NCBI RefSeq assembly: GCF_004010195.1
Contig: NW_025214611.1
Coordinates: 13,541 to 47,101, forward strand
From: Chiloscyllium plagiosum
Lineage: Eukaryota
Direction of reading: 5' to 3'
DNA length: 33,561 nt
Part shown: piece by piece, positions 23,250-33,561 of the stretch
Numbering within the stretch: the stretch's first letter is position 1
Layout: every line of letters begins with the position of its first letter
Position numbers and translations under genes: made by a program
The notes under the pieces: generated by a model
The model's input: the letters and a program-made list of their open reading frames with translations, nothing else
The model's database searches: none
Told to the model about the DNA's origin: nothing

Positions 23250-24511
23250 TGAATAGCACTACTTCCATCAGTGAGTTTCATGAAATAATTGCAAATAAAA
23301 ACCAATAATTTAAGAAAACTTTGTTAATAATTTTAAAAACATGCTCATAAGCTTACTGAGGCTTTCTTGAGTAAGGGTAAAAATGAGTGCATTAGCTAAT
23401 TTTGAAAAAAAGCCAAAGTGCCCCAACTATGTCAAAAAATAGTAAAAGCATAAAACCAAATAGGCTTAAGTAATACCTAGAAATTATTCAGAAGAACTAC
23501 ATTCAAAAACCATTATGATTTTTCAAACTTGGAAGACAGGAGCTTTCATAGCAAAAAGATCAGTTTAAGATCATCGTAAAGGTTTCCATCCAAGCTTAAA
23601 GAAAGTCTTCACAGTTGAGCTACCAGATTGCACAGCCAAAGAGGCCTCACAAGCTTGTAAAGCCAATTTTGACTTTCCTGTGGCAATCAACATGTTCAGC
23701 TATTTGAGTATTTGAGATGAAGATTTGAGGCAATTTCAGCTGACCAGGAATCCATATTGGTGGAATGCCTGAAATACACACTCTTGCTCTTCAAATTAAT
23801 GTGAGCACTGAGACATACATTTTGTCTCTTGTGTGTGACAGAATAGTATTCTTGAGGTGCTCTGACTTGACTCTCACTTCCCAACCACAGAACAGCACAG
23901 CAAATATTCAATGTATTAAAGGGATATATGGAGAATGAAAATCTTCCCTAGGATTGCACAATTGGATTTTGTACTTATGATACTCCAGCTATGGCAGACC
24001 ACCAGTCAGGCAAAATGAGTTACTTTATCTACTGTTTAGAGTAACTGCATGATTGTCAGGAAACAACAGGCACCTAAAATGAGCACACATCTAGGGGCAG
24101 TATTGGAGTGGCTCACATCAATTGTGAACTACATTAAAGCTCACGACTTTGCCAATGCATGTGAAGACAGAGGATCTGATCATGATGTGTTATTGTATCA
24201 TACTAAGGCCTGGTGGCTGTCAAGAGGAAGAGTACTGCAAATGTGTTTTGTACTGAGAGATCAGTTGCTTGTATTTGCAGTGGACTGCAAAAGAATGTAA
24301 ATGACTCATTTTTCTGTGGCTAAAAGCAATTTACCTTATGATCATGCTACAGACTCTTTGGGAAACAAAAATTAACTGAATACAAATGTGTCAGGAAAGA
24401 ATGATCTCCAACTGAGTGAATGACCCAGAGCATTCCTGATAAAATTGCATTTTGGAAGAGCAATATGTTACCATTGAACTGACTCTCCCCTAACAACATC
24501 TAACAGCATCC
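23250..24511 (+). mobile_element. hAT (Buster/Charlie; ZBED8/SCAND3/FAM200-like) transposase remnant
   Basis: IVNYIKA...ACEDRGSDHDVLLYHTKAWWLSRGRVLQ matches the Buster LL.HTEVRWLSRG motif. Heavily frameshifted; the start boundary is approximate. Confidence 0.75.
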
Positions 24512-25709
24512 ATCGGACACGCCTTGGCGTGCCCATTTGCCACCGGGCGGTGGGGATCCCCAGTGGAGGGCTCTGTACAGGGGAGTCCTCCCTCTTTCTC
24601 TCGGGGATCTGGGGTGGAGGGTGCTGCACGCAGCAGTCCCCTGCAACCACAGATTGCGGTGGTTCACGGACTCCCAGCCCAACTGCTTGTTCTGTGGTGC
24701 TTGGAGTCCATGGACCACGTGTATATTGGGTGTGGGCGTTTGCACTCCCTTTTTGATTTTCTTAAAAACCTTCTCCTCTGCTTTTGGTTGCACTTCAGTC
24801 CCACGCTCCTGATCTTCGGGCACCCGGTACGGAGGAGGAGGTAGGGCAGGTCTGAAGACCTCCTCATGGGTCTGCTCCTGGGCCTGGCCAAACTGGCCAT
24901 AAACAGGTCCAGGCAGCGGGCCGTGGAGGGGGTCGTTAGGGCCGACTGCCTGCCCCTCTTCCGCGGTTACGTTAGAGCCCGGGTGTCTCTGGAGAAGGAG
25001 CATGCGGTCTCCACCAACACCCTGGAGTTGTTCAGGGAGAGAGGGGCGCCGCAGGGAGTGGAGTGCATCATTTCTCCCTCCAACTCTATTTTGATTTAGT
25101 CCCACCTGACCTGCACATCTTTGGACTGTGGGAGGAAACCGGAGCACCCGGACGAAACCCACGCAGACACGGGGAGAACGTGCAAACTCCACACAGTGGG
25201 TCGCCTGAGGCGGGAATTGAACCCGGGTCTCAGGCGCTGTGAGGCAGCAGTGCTAACCACTGTGCCACCGTGCCGCCCACAAAGGAATTACAACCGGTTT
25301 CCTCCCACGCAGACACGAGGAGAATGTGCAAACTCCACACAGACAGTTGCCTGATGCAGGAATTGAACCCGGTTCTCTGGCACTGTGCCACCGTGCTGCC
25401 CATGTACTTTCAGCTTAAACCTGTTGAACTATAATCTGGTGTTGTATAATTTTTAACTTGGTTACTTGCGACAGGCCTCCTCCCAAAGGATATGAAGGGC
25501 AGTGTTTGTCACTGGCCACTCGGATGTTTTCCTATATTCCTGGTGGTGGAAATTGAATAAATATTCGTGCACTTTGTGTCTCTCACTGTGTCTCACACCT
25601 ACACGCACACGCCATGGGTGCTGGGGGAAAAAATAAGCGCTTCCGCAGTTAGGCAGTAGTGTGGGGGTTAAAACAAAAAGAAAAAAAGAAAAAAAAAAGG
25701 GAAAAAAAA
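24512..25709 (+). mobile_element. 5'-truncated Tx1/L1-clade LINE with poly(A) tail and a 10-bp TSD
   Basis: ORF2 C-terminus WRVLHAAVPCN...CLFCG..ESMDHVYIGC (zf-RVT/CCHC)...LLLGLAKLAI. A-rich tail at 25670-25709. TSD aacagcatcc at 24502-24511 and 25710-25719; the empty site is visible in the inverted copy near 27190-27205. Confidence 0.9.
25097..25402 (-). mobile_element. HE1/V-SINE-like copy (25097-25278) plus a second partial copy (25303-25402) within the Tx1 3' region
   Basis: Reverse complement gggcggcacggtggcacagtggttagcactgctgcctcacagcgcc...gggttcaattccc...gtggagtttgcacgttctccccgtgtctgcgtgggtttc. Confidence 0.88.
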
Positions 25710-26033
25710 AACAGCATCCTAGTCATGTGATGACCAATCACTGCAGGTGTCTGCATTTTCACTTTGTAGCAATTCCCTCCAGTTGGAGAACAAAGACTTA
25801 GATTTGTAGGCAGCTAATTAAAATTTCAAGCAGTGCCATTTTACAGAAAATAACTTCAGAGTTTCTTCTAGATTAGCTTAATTGCAAAGTGGTTTATGTA
25901 GATAAGTGGGTAAGGGATGTGCTCAGATGAGGTAGGCAGCTAGAGGTGTGTATAGATGGGGTAAATGGGTAAAAGGATTGGATGGTGATTCAGTGTTGAA
26001 TCAAGCTCATGGGGAGCGGATGTCAGAGGATAT

Positions 26034-26068
26034 CACCTGATGAAGGAGCGTCGCTCCGAAAGCTAGTA
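26034..26068 (+). ncRNA. Minimal hammerhead ribozyme motif in a Penelope-type pLTR fragment (26032-26120), third family
   Basis: cac-CTGATGA-a-ggagc-gtc-gctcc-GAAA-gc-TA-gta: intact core, 5-bp stem II, palindromic AGCT stem III. Confidence 0.7.
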
Positions 26069-26880
26069 CTTCCAATTAAACCTGTTGGACTATAACTTGG
26101 TGTTGTGTGATTTTCAACTTATACATGAGTATATAGGGTAACAATGACAATTTCTCCCTATGTTCACATGAGTTGATAAACAGATGGGTGAGACTTAATG
26201 TAATACACAATTAATACAACCTACTCCAATACTGCACCTAGCTCTGTGCTCCATTACTTAGTTGCTAGTTGTTTCCTGAGATCCATGTTGTTACTGCAAA
26301 CAGCAGGTGATGTATGACAGTTCTGACTTGTAACCTGCCATAGATAGGGCATTATTTAGTACACCATCCAGCTGTAAAATTCCATGGATATCTTTGTCCT
26401 CTCTGCTCCCTTATTGTCCTCTATTTGCTACATTGCTCCAGATATTTGGGGTCTGGACATGCTCCAAATTTCACATCCTGGCCTCTCAGAAACCCTGACT
26501 CAGGATTGGTGTGAGAAATGTAAACTTCCAATGCATGTTTCCCAGTTTGCTATTATCCTACGCAAATGGTTCTGACTCTTGAGTTAGAGTTGAAGACTTG
26601 GGAAGGATGTTGTTTACCTACATTGGTTGTTACCTGCAGAATGCTAATGTAAGATGATGTGGTTTATTCATCCAACTGTCTGCCTGACCCCCTGAATCAC
26701 CTTGAGCCTCCAACTACCCAAACCTTATGACATCCCATCATCTTCTGACAATCCCTCAACCCTTTGACTCTCTGACCCTCTTCTCATCCAACCCTTTATC
26801 CCAACTGACACTCTGCATGTTCCTTGACCATTCAAGGTCCCCTGACTCTCTGAAGCCTGAGCGTCCACCTGCTCCTATTG

Positions 26881-27280
26881 ATCCTCTGACATCCACTTCC
26901 CATGAGCTTGATTCAACACTGAATCACCACCCAATCCTTTTACCCATTTACCCCATCTATACACACCTCTTAGCTGCCTACCTCAGCTGAGCATATCCCT
27001 TACCCACTTATCTACATAAACCACTTTGCAATTAAGCTAATCTAGAAGAAACTCTGAAGTTATTTTCTGTAAAATGGCACTGCTTGAAATTTTAATTAGC
27101 TGCCTACAAATCTAAGTCTTTGTTCTCCAACTGGAGGGAATTGCTACAAAGTGAAAATGCAGACACCTGCAGTGATTGGTCATCACATGACTAGGTTGCT
27201 GTTAGATGTTGTTAGGGGAGAGTCAATTCAATGGTAACGTATTGCCCTTCCAAAATGCAATTTTCTCAGGAATGCCCTGG
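26881..27280 (-). repeat. ~400-bp inverted duplicate of 24425-24511 plus 25720-26031
   Basis: Near-identical reverse complement, e.g. 27010-27194 versus 25718-25900. This copy lacks the Tx1 insertion. Confidence 0.95.
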
Positions 27281-27333
27281 TGTTGTGTGATTTCTAACTT
27301 TGTACACCCCAGTCCAACACCGGCATCTCCAAA

Positions 27334-28711
27334 TCATGTATAAGTTGAGTTTTGAAGACCATGTTTTTGAGCTGAAATTAGGGGGTCGACTTATACACGA
27401 GGTATAGTTTTCGAGAGGATGAAATTCATGCTTGGCATAAGTAAAAAAATAGACAAACAAAAGCTAGATCTTGATATAAAATATTAAGCAATAATATCTC
27501 GAATATTAGCAAATTTAAACAAAGTAAAATGGACCTAGCTTGTACAAAATGCTAAAACAATTATAATACTTTCATACTATATAGGTAATATCTACGGTGG
27601 TTGAGTATAGGACACATGGTGAAGAAAAACGTTTGTACTCAAGTCTTGATTGTCACCGGCATCTCATCTTTGAGTAGTAACATGTTTTTAAGCACTAGCA
27701 AGAGAAAGGCAATCACAAACAAGTTAATATCCATATGGTCATCTAAAACGGGAAATTTACCTTCCACGCAGCACCCGGTCCCTGAACGTTCCCTGTAATA
27801 AGTTCGTGCTGGTAAACCACAGGTAACTCAAAACGCAGAAACTGACTCCGCGGTTTACTGTAATTCTGAAAACCTGGATTGGATCGTGTTATGGACTAGG
27901 CCAGACCACTCAAACCATTCTCGAGCAGGCAACCCAGACCATAACTTTGCAATTTGTTTCGGTAAGTGTACAGTGAAAGTTACCCAGAGTAAGTTAGCTA
28001 GGTTGACTACTAGGTTTTAAAACAGACTAAAACTTTATTCACAAAGTTACACAATGAAGCATAAAGAACCCCGACAGAACTCAGTCTGTCCAAATTAGAC
28101 TTAATTATGCTGTTCCAAATATACACAACAGTTCCAATAAGCAAATCCCCTTTCAAACACAGTAAAAGAAAAAGGTGCAGCTGCTTACAGGTTGAAGCAA
28201 GAAGGGCAAAAACAAAGAGAGAGCCTGTTTTCACACAGCTCACTGTTGAACTCCCAACTAGTTTTGGACTGAACTGCTCAGCTAGAGAGCTGACCACACC
28301 TCTTTCGTTATACAGGCCACTTCTAAAACATGACCACTTTGACCTGAAGTCTCATCTGTTACATATAAACAAAAAGGCCTCTCAATACCTTTAATCTCTG
28401 TACCAAACCAGTCTAACTGGCACTGGGAGCGTTTTATGACCCCTCTAAAAAAAACCAAGGACACAATATCCTTGAGAAAAGGGACCAGCGTTGTGACAAT
28501 CATGATGGCTGATGGACTGGAAGACCTGGATCGAAGCGGGTCCGGCCAGCAGACTGGAAGGCCAGAGGGGAGTGCAGTGGGCAGGCACAGTGATTCATAA
28601 ATGTTGATCTGTAACTGTGAAGAACTAGGGTTGAGTTATACATGAGGTATATGGAAAATACAAGAGGTTGTCTTGTGTACGAGGTCAACATATACACAGG
28701 TATATACGGTA
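27334..28711. mobile_element. Non-autonomous Tc1/mariner-pogo-like DNA transposon; its left terminus is displaced and inverted at 26114-26140, and it contains a solo LTR
   Basis: Right end ...aacatatacacaggtatatacgg-TA. The matching terminus acttatacatgagtatataggg-TA is at 26117-26140. Internal gtcgacttatacacgag-type subterminal repeats occur at ~27385 and ~28630. Confidence 0.65.
27887..28498 (-). mobile_element. Solo LTR (probably Gypsy-type), 612 bp, related to 13536-14158
   Basis: tgttat...gtgaca ends, near-TSD atcg/atca, minus-strand AATAAA at ~28033-28038, and a shared end motif ggtctggcct..tccataaca. Confidence 0.75.
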
Positions 28712-28902
28712 TGTCATTGTGAAAGTAATTGTTTCAACTATCATGTGAAGATCACAGCAAAAGCTTTTTGAACTGAGGTCATCTGCTTTCATTTGTAAAA
28801 TACTGCCAAATAAAACAACTTTCTCTGTGGTCATAATTGGATGTGCCACCTTGTGAACATCAGTCATAAATGTTGGAAAATTCAAACCGTCAATTGGCAG
28901 AT

Positions 28903-31900
28903 CTCAGTGAGCAATACAGTCAGTGGGCCATGACTGACAGAGTACTACAGTCAGTGGGCCATGATTGAGAGAGCACTACAGTCAGTGGGCCATGACTGAC
29001 AGAGTACGACAGTCAGTGAGCCATGACTGAGAGAGCATTACAGTCAGTGGGCCATGACTGACAGAGTACTACAGTCAGTGGGCCATGACTGAGAGAGCAC
29101 TACAGTCAGTGGGCCATGACTGAGGGAGCGCTGCACTGACAGTGTGGCATGACTGAGAGAGCACTGCACTGTCAGTGGGCCATGACTGAGAGAGGACTGC
29201 ACTCTCAGTGGGCCATGAATGAGAGAGCACTGCATTGACAGTGGGCCATGACTGAGACAGCACTGCACTGTCAGAGGGTCATGACTGAGACAGCACTGCA
29301 CTGTCAGAGGGTCATGACTGAAGGAGCACTGCACTGTCAGTGTGCCATGACTGAGGGAGCACTACACTGTCAGTGGACCATGACTGAAGGAGCAGTGTAT
29401 TGACAGTGGGCCATGACTGAGAGAGCACTCCACTGTCAGTGTGCCATGAATGAGAGAGCACTGCACTGTTAGTGTGCCATGACTGAGTGAGCACTGCGCT
29501 GTCAGTGTGCCATGACCGAGAGAGCACTGCATTGTCAGTGGGCATGACTGAGAGAGCACTGCACTGTCAGTGTGCCTTGAATGAGAGAGCACTGCACTGT
29601 CAGTGTGCCTTGACTGAGTGAGCACTGCGCTGTCAGGGTGCCTTGACTGAGTGAGCACTGCGCTGTCAGTGGGCCATGACTGAGAGAGCACTGCACTGTC
29701 AGTGGGCCATGACCGAAGGAGCACTGCACTGTCAGTGGGCCATGACTGAACGAGCACTGAACTGTTAGTGGGCCATGACTGCGACAGCACTACACTGTCA
29801 GTGGGCCATGACTGAACAAGCACTGCACTGTTAGTGGGCCATGACTGAGAGAGCACTGCACTGACTGTGGGCCATGACAGAAGGAGCACTGCACTGTCAT
29901 TGAGCCATGACTGAGTGAGCACTGCACTGTCAGTGGGCCATGACTGAACGAGCACTGAACTGTTAGTGGGCCATGACTGCGACAGCACTACACTGTCAGT
30001 GGGCCATGACTGAAGAAGCACTGCACTGTTAGTGGGCCATGACTGAGAGAGCACTGCACTGTCTGTTGGCCATGACTGAAGGAGCACTGCACTGTCATTG
30101 AGCCATGACTGAGTGAGCACTGCACTGACAATGGGACATGACTGAGAGAGCACTGCACTGGCACTGGACCATGACTGAGAGAGCACTGCACTGTCACTGG
30201 GCCATGACTGAAGGAGTACTGCACTGTCAGTGGGCCATGACTGAGACAGCACAGCATTGTCAGTGTGCCATGACTAAGAGAGCACTGAACTCTCAGTGGG
30301 CCATGGCTGAAGGAGCACTGAACTGTCAGTGGGCTATGACCGAGTGAGCACTCCACTATCAGTGGGCCATGACTGAGAGAGCACTGCACTGTCAGTGGGC
30401 CATGGCGGAAGGAGCACTGCACTGTCAGTGTGCCATGACTGAGAGAGGACTGCACTGTCAGTGAACCATGACTGAGAGAGCACTGCAGTGTCAGTGGGCC
30501 ATGACTGAGAGAGCACTGCACTGTCAGTGTGCCATGACTGAGAGAGCACTGCAGTGTCAGTGGGCCATGACTGAGAGAGCACTGCACTGGCAGTGTGCCA
30601 TGACTGAGAGAGCACTGCAATGTCAGTGGGCCATGACTGAGAGAGCACTGCACTGTCACTGGGCCATGACTGAAGAAGCACTGCACTGTTAGTGGGACGT
30701 GACTGAGAGAGCACTGCACTGACTTTGGGCCATGACTGAAGGGGCACTGCACAGTCATTGAGCCATGACTGAGTGAGCACTGCAATGTCAATGGGCCATG
30801 ACTGAGAGAGCACTGCACTGTCAGTGGGCCATGACTGAGAGAGCACTGCACTGTCAGTGGGCCATGACTGAGAGAGCACTGAACTGTCAGTGGGACAAGA
30901 CTTAGAGAGCACTGCACTGTCAATGGGACATGACTGAGAGAGCACTGCACTGTCACGGGGCCATGACTGAGAGCACTGCACTGTCACTGGGCCATGACTG
31001 AAGGGGCACTGCACTGTCATTGAGCCATGAATGAGAGAGCACTGCGCTGTCAGTGTGCCATGACCGAGAGAGCACTGCATTGTCAGTGGGCATGACTGAG
31101 AGAACACTGCACTGTCAGTGTGCCTTGAATGAGAGAGCACTGCACTGTCAATGTGCCATGACTAAGAGCGCACTGAACTGTCAGTGGGCCATGGCTGAAG
31201 GAGCACTGAACTGTCAGTGGGCTATGACTGAGAGAGCACTGCACTGTCAGTGGGCCATGGCTGAAGGAGCACTGCACTGTCAGTGTGCCATGACTGAGAG
31301 AGAACACCACTGTCAGTGAACCATGACTGAGAGAGCACTGCACTGTCATTGAGCCATGACTGAGAGAGGGCTGCACTGTCAGTGGGCCATGACTGTGAGA
31401 GCACTACACTGTCAATGAGACATGAGTGAGTGAGCACTACACTGTCAGTGGTCCATCACTGAGAGAGCACTGCAGTGTCAGTGGGCCATGACTGAGAGAG
31501 CACTGCAATGTCAGTGTGCCATGACTGAGAGAGCAGTGCACTGTCAGTGGGACATGACTGAGAGAGCACTGCACTGTTAGTGGGCCATGACTGAGAGAGC
31601 ACTGCACTGTCAGTGGGCCATGACTGAAGGGGCACTGCACTGTCATTGAGCCATGACTGAGTGAGCACTGCAATGTCAGTGGGCCATGACTGAGAGAGCA
31701 CTGAACTGTCAGTGGGACATGACTGAGAGAGCACTGCACTGTCAATGGGACATGACTGAGAGAGCACTGCACTGTCACTGGGCCATGACTGAGAAAGCAC
31801 TGCAGTGTCACTGGGCCATGACCGAAGGAGTACTGCACTGTCAGTGGGCCATGACTGAGACAGCACAGCATTGTCAATGTGCCATGACTAAGAGCGCACT

Positions 31901-32048
31901 GAACTGTCAGTTGTCCATGGCTGAAGGAGCACTGAACTGTCAGTGGGATATGACTGAGAGAGCACTGCACTGTCAATGGGCCATGGCTGAAGGAGCACTG
32001 CACTGTCAGTGTGCCATGACTGAGAGAGAACTCCACTGTCAGTGTGCC
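28903..32048. repeat. 33-bp minisatellite array 2 (~95 units), same family and orientation as array 1; it starts with six 31-bp variant units
   Basis: Head-to-tail units with the same consensus and internal higher-order duplications. Confidence 0.97.
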
Positions 32049-32185
32049 GTGGAAGGTGAGCACCAGGGGCGTTCTGTCCTTGTTACAGTTGGAGGGGTGG
32101 GGATGGAGGGTGGATGGGTGGGGTGTGGACGAGATGCGTTGGAGGGCATCTTTAACCACGTGGGAAGGGAAATTGCGATCTTGAC
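32049..32185 (-). mobile_element. Penelope-like ORF fragment abutting the minisatellite
   Basis: DRNFPSHVVKDALQRISST...NKDRTPLVLTFH (region between RT and GIY-YIG); a related segment lies at 146-181. Confidence 0.65.
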
Positions 32186-32913
32186 AACCTGAGACTGTTA
32201 TCCAGCCACCATGTCTGCTGGTGTCTGAGGGTTCAGCTAGAATTGGATTATGTGCTCTGTAATACAGTAAATCCCAAGCTGCTCCATACCCAGGGGAGTA
32301 GGGGGAGCGGTGTGGAAGCAGAGGCGGGGGGGCAGGGGGTTGGGAGGATGTGTATTCTAAGCCATGCTGCTGAGACCTCCCTTCAGTTTGAACTGACAGC
32401 AAAGCTGAAGCATGGAGATGAAAGCATTGACCTGCCAGTCTAGATTATCCCAGCCTTTCTTCTCATGACATCTCAGCAGCAGCCATGCTGCGGTGCCGGG
32501 GGTGGGGATAGGGAAGGTCAGCTAGTTCCTTGTTTTCCATTGCTTTTGCTTCATTACCCAACATCCCAGCGGAGGCTCTGGGGAGATGTGCTACAAGATT
32601 TCACTTTCATTTTCAATCTGTAAGCCCTGTAGCTGTCGACCTTCTGTCGCGCTGAGTAACAAGATGTAATCTGGCTTGTCTTTGAACACAGGATCCATGG
32701 CAATCGCTCCTCAATGCCTCTCATTCAGCCTGACAACCAAGAGGCAGACGATGAGATGACAGTGATATTACCCACAGCCCATCGAGCAACGTGTTCATCC
32801 TGTATGGTTATTACAAAGGATAGAGAACAGATCAAATCTCATTCAAACGGTTTTGATAGACTAAATAAGGAAAGAATATTATTGCTGACGGGAATGTTGG
32901 TAACCAGACAACG

Positions 32914-33112
32914 TCGAGTCAGAAATCACATGACACCAGGTTATAGGCCAACAGATTTATTTGAAATCACAAACTTTCAGAGATTCACCTGATGGGGGAG
33001 GGGGGCATTCCGAAAGTTTGTGATTTCAAATAAACCTGTTGGACTATAACCTGGTGTTGTGCGACATGTGACTTTGTCCAGCTCAGTCCAACACTGACAT
33101 CTCCACGTCATG
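32914..33112 (+). mobile_element. ~200-bp Penelope-type fold-back mini-element with a decayed hammerhead, inserted in a CR1 fragment
   Basis: Inverted arms 32927-32978 and 33011-33062; CTGATG...tccGAAA; gacaacg duplicated at 32907-32913 and 33113-33119; same family as 26032-26120 and 27277-27338. Confidence 0.8.
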
Positions 33113-33561
33113 GACAACGCAGAGTTAAGGTTATTGGCAAACAAACCGGATGAAAAGAAACAGAGATTTCTTTTAGCCAGTAAGTTGTTGTGATGTGGAA
33201 CACATAAGGTGTAGTAGCAGACTCTTCGCAATTCGCAAATGATAATCAGATAAATATTTGTATTTATAATTGTGAGGCCAGTGGGGAAAGAATGCTGGGG
33301 GGGCAGGTGTGGGGGAGAGCAGCTCTTTCTGAGAGGCAGCATTGATGGGTGGAATGGCCTCTGTCTGTGTGTTGTGATTTTTCAAATGCTCACAACAAAA
33401 AATGAAGAATATTCAATCATGGGGAAGAAACCAGTCTCGATAAAGGCTGAAGGTTTTTTCAGATGTTCATATTGATTATAAATCCCCAGTGAGCTGCACT
33501 TGGACCTACCACAAAAGATTCCACTTTGATTGCTTATTTACCTTATCTCCTGGTTGTTAAG

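Noticed and set aside
24049..24300. Domesticated ZBED8/SCAND3-like gene
   Set aside because: It is a short fragment within a frameshifted, interrupted hAT remnant.
28903..32048. Arrays of RAG recombination signal sequences (cactgtc/gacagtg resembles heptamer CACAGTG)
   Set aside because: The closest match lacks the essential CAC start, there is no ACAAAAACC-like nonamer at 12 or 23 bp, and no V/D/J segments are nearby.
32290..32350. G-rich tract with G-quadruplex potential
   Set aside because: Such tracts are common and there is no evidence of function here.
29988..32402. Long ORFs of TVQCSLSHGPL or MTERALHCQWA repeats as Cys/His-rich proteins
   Set aside because: They arise because a 33-bp unit lacks stops in three of six frames; the ORFs switch frame at indels.

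Overview
Eukaryotic, repeat-rich vertebrate genomic DNA, very probably from a cartilaginous fish (shark). This is inferred from HE1/V-SINE-like and Deu-SINE-like elements, CR1, Tx1 and hammerhead-bearing Penelope families. The only host-gene signal is a minus-strand scavenger-receptor cysteine-rich (group B SRCR; DMBT1/CD163/SSC-like) gene fragment. It has three intact phase-1 single-domain exons (20085-20399, 12279-12587, 11645-11956) and a broken fourth domain (~2995-3166). The exons lie between two same-orientation arrays of a 33-bp minisatellite (438-1850 and 28903-32048). The rest is a nested stack of retroelements and DNA-transposon remnants plus a 659-N gap. The most notable observations are: about nine minimal hammerhead-ribozyme motifs carried by Penelope-type repeats; a reconstructable inversion with an inverted duplication (24425-27348) whose two junctions are both filled by Penelope pLTR pieces; a 57-bp CR1 fragment flanked by a perfect 73-bp duplication; and an SRCR domain with a relocated cysteine. 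I found no prokaryote-type system such as CRISPR or an operon. Repeat family names come from motif recognition, not database searches.
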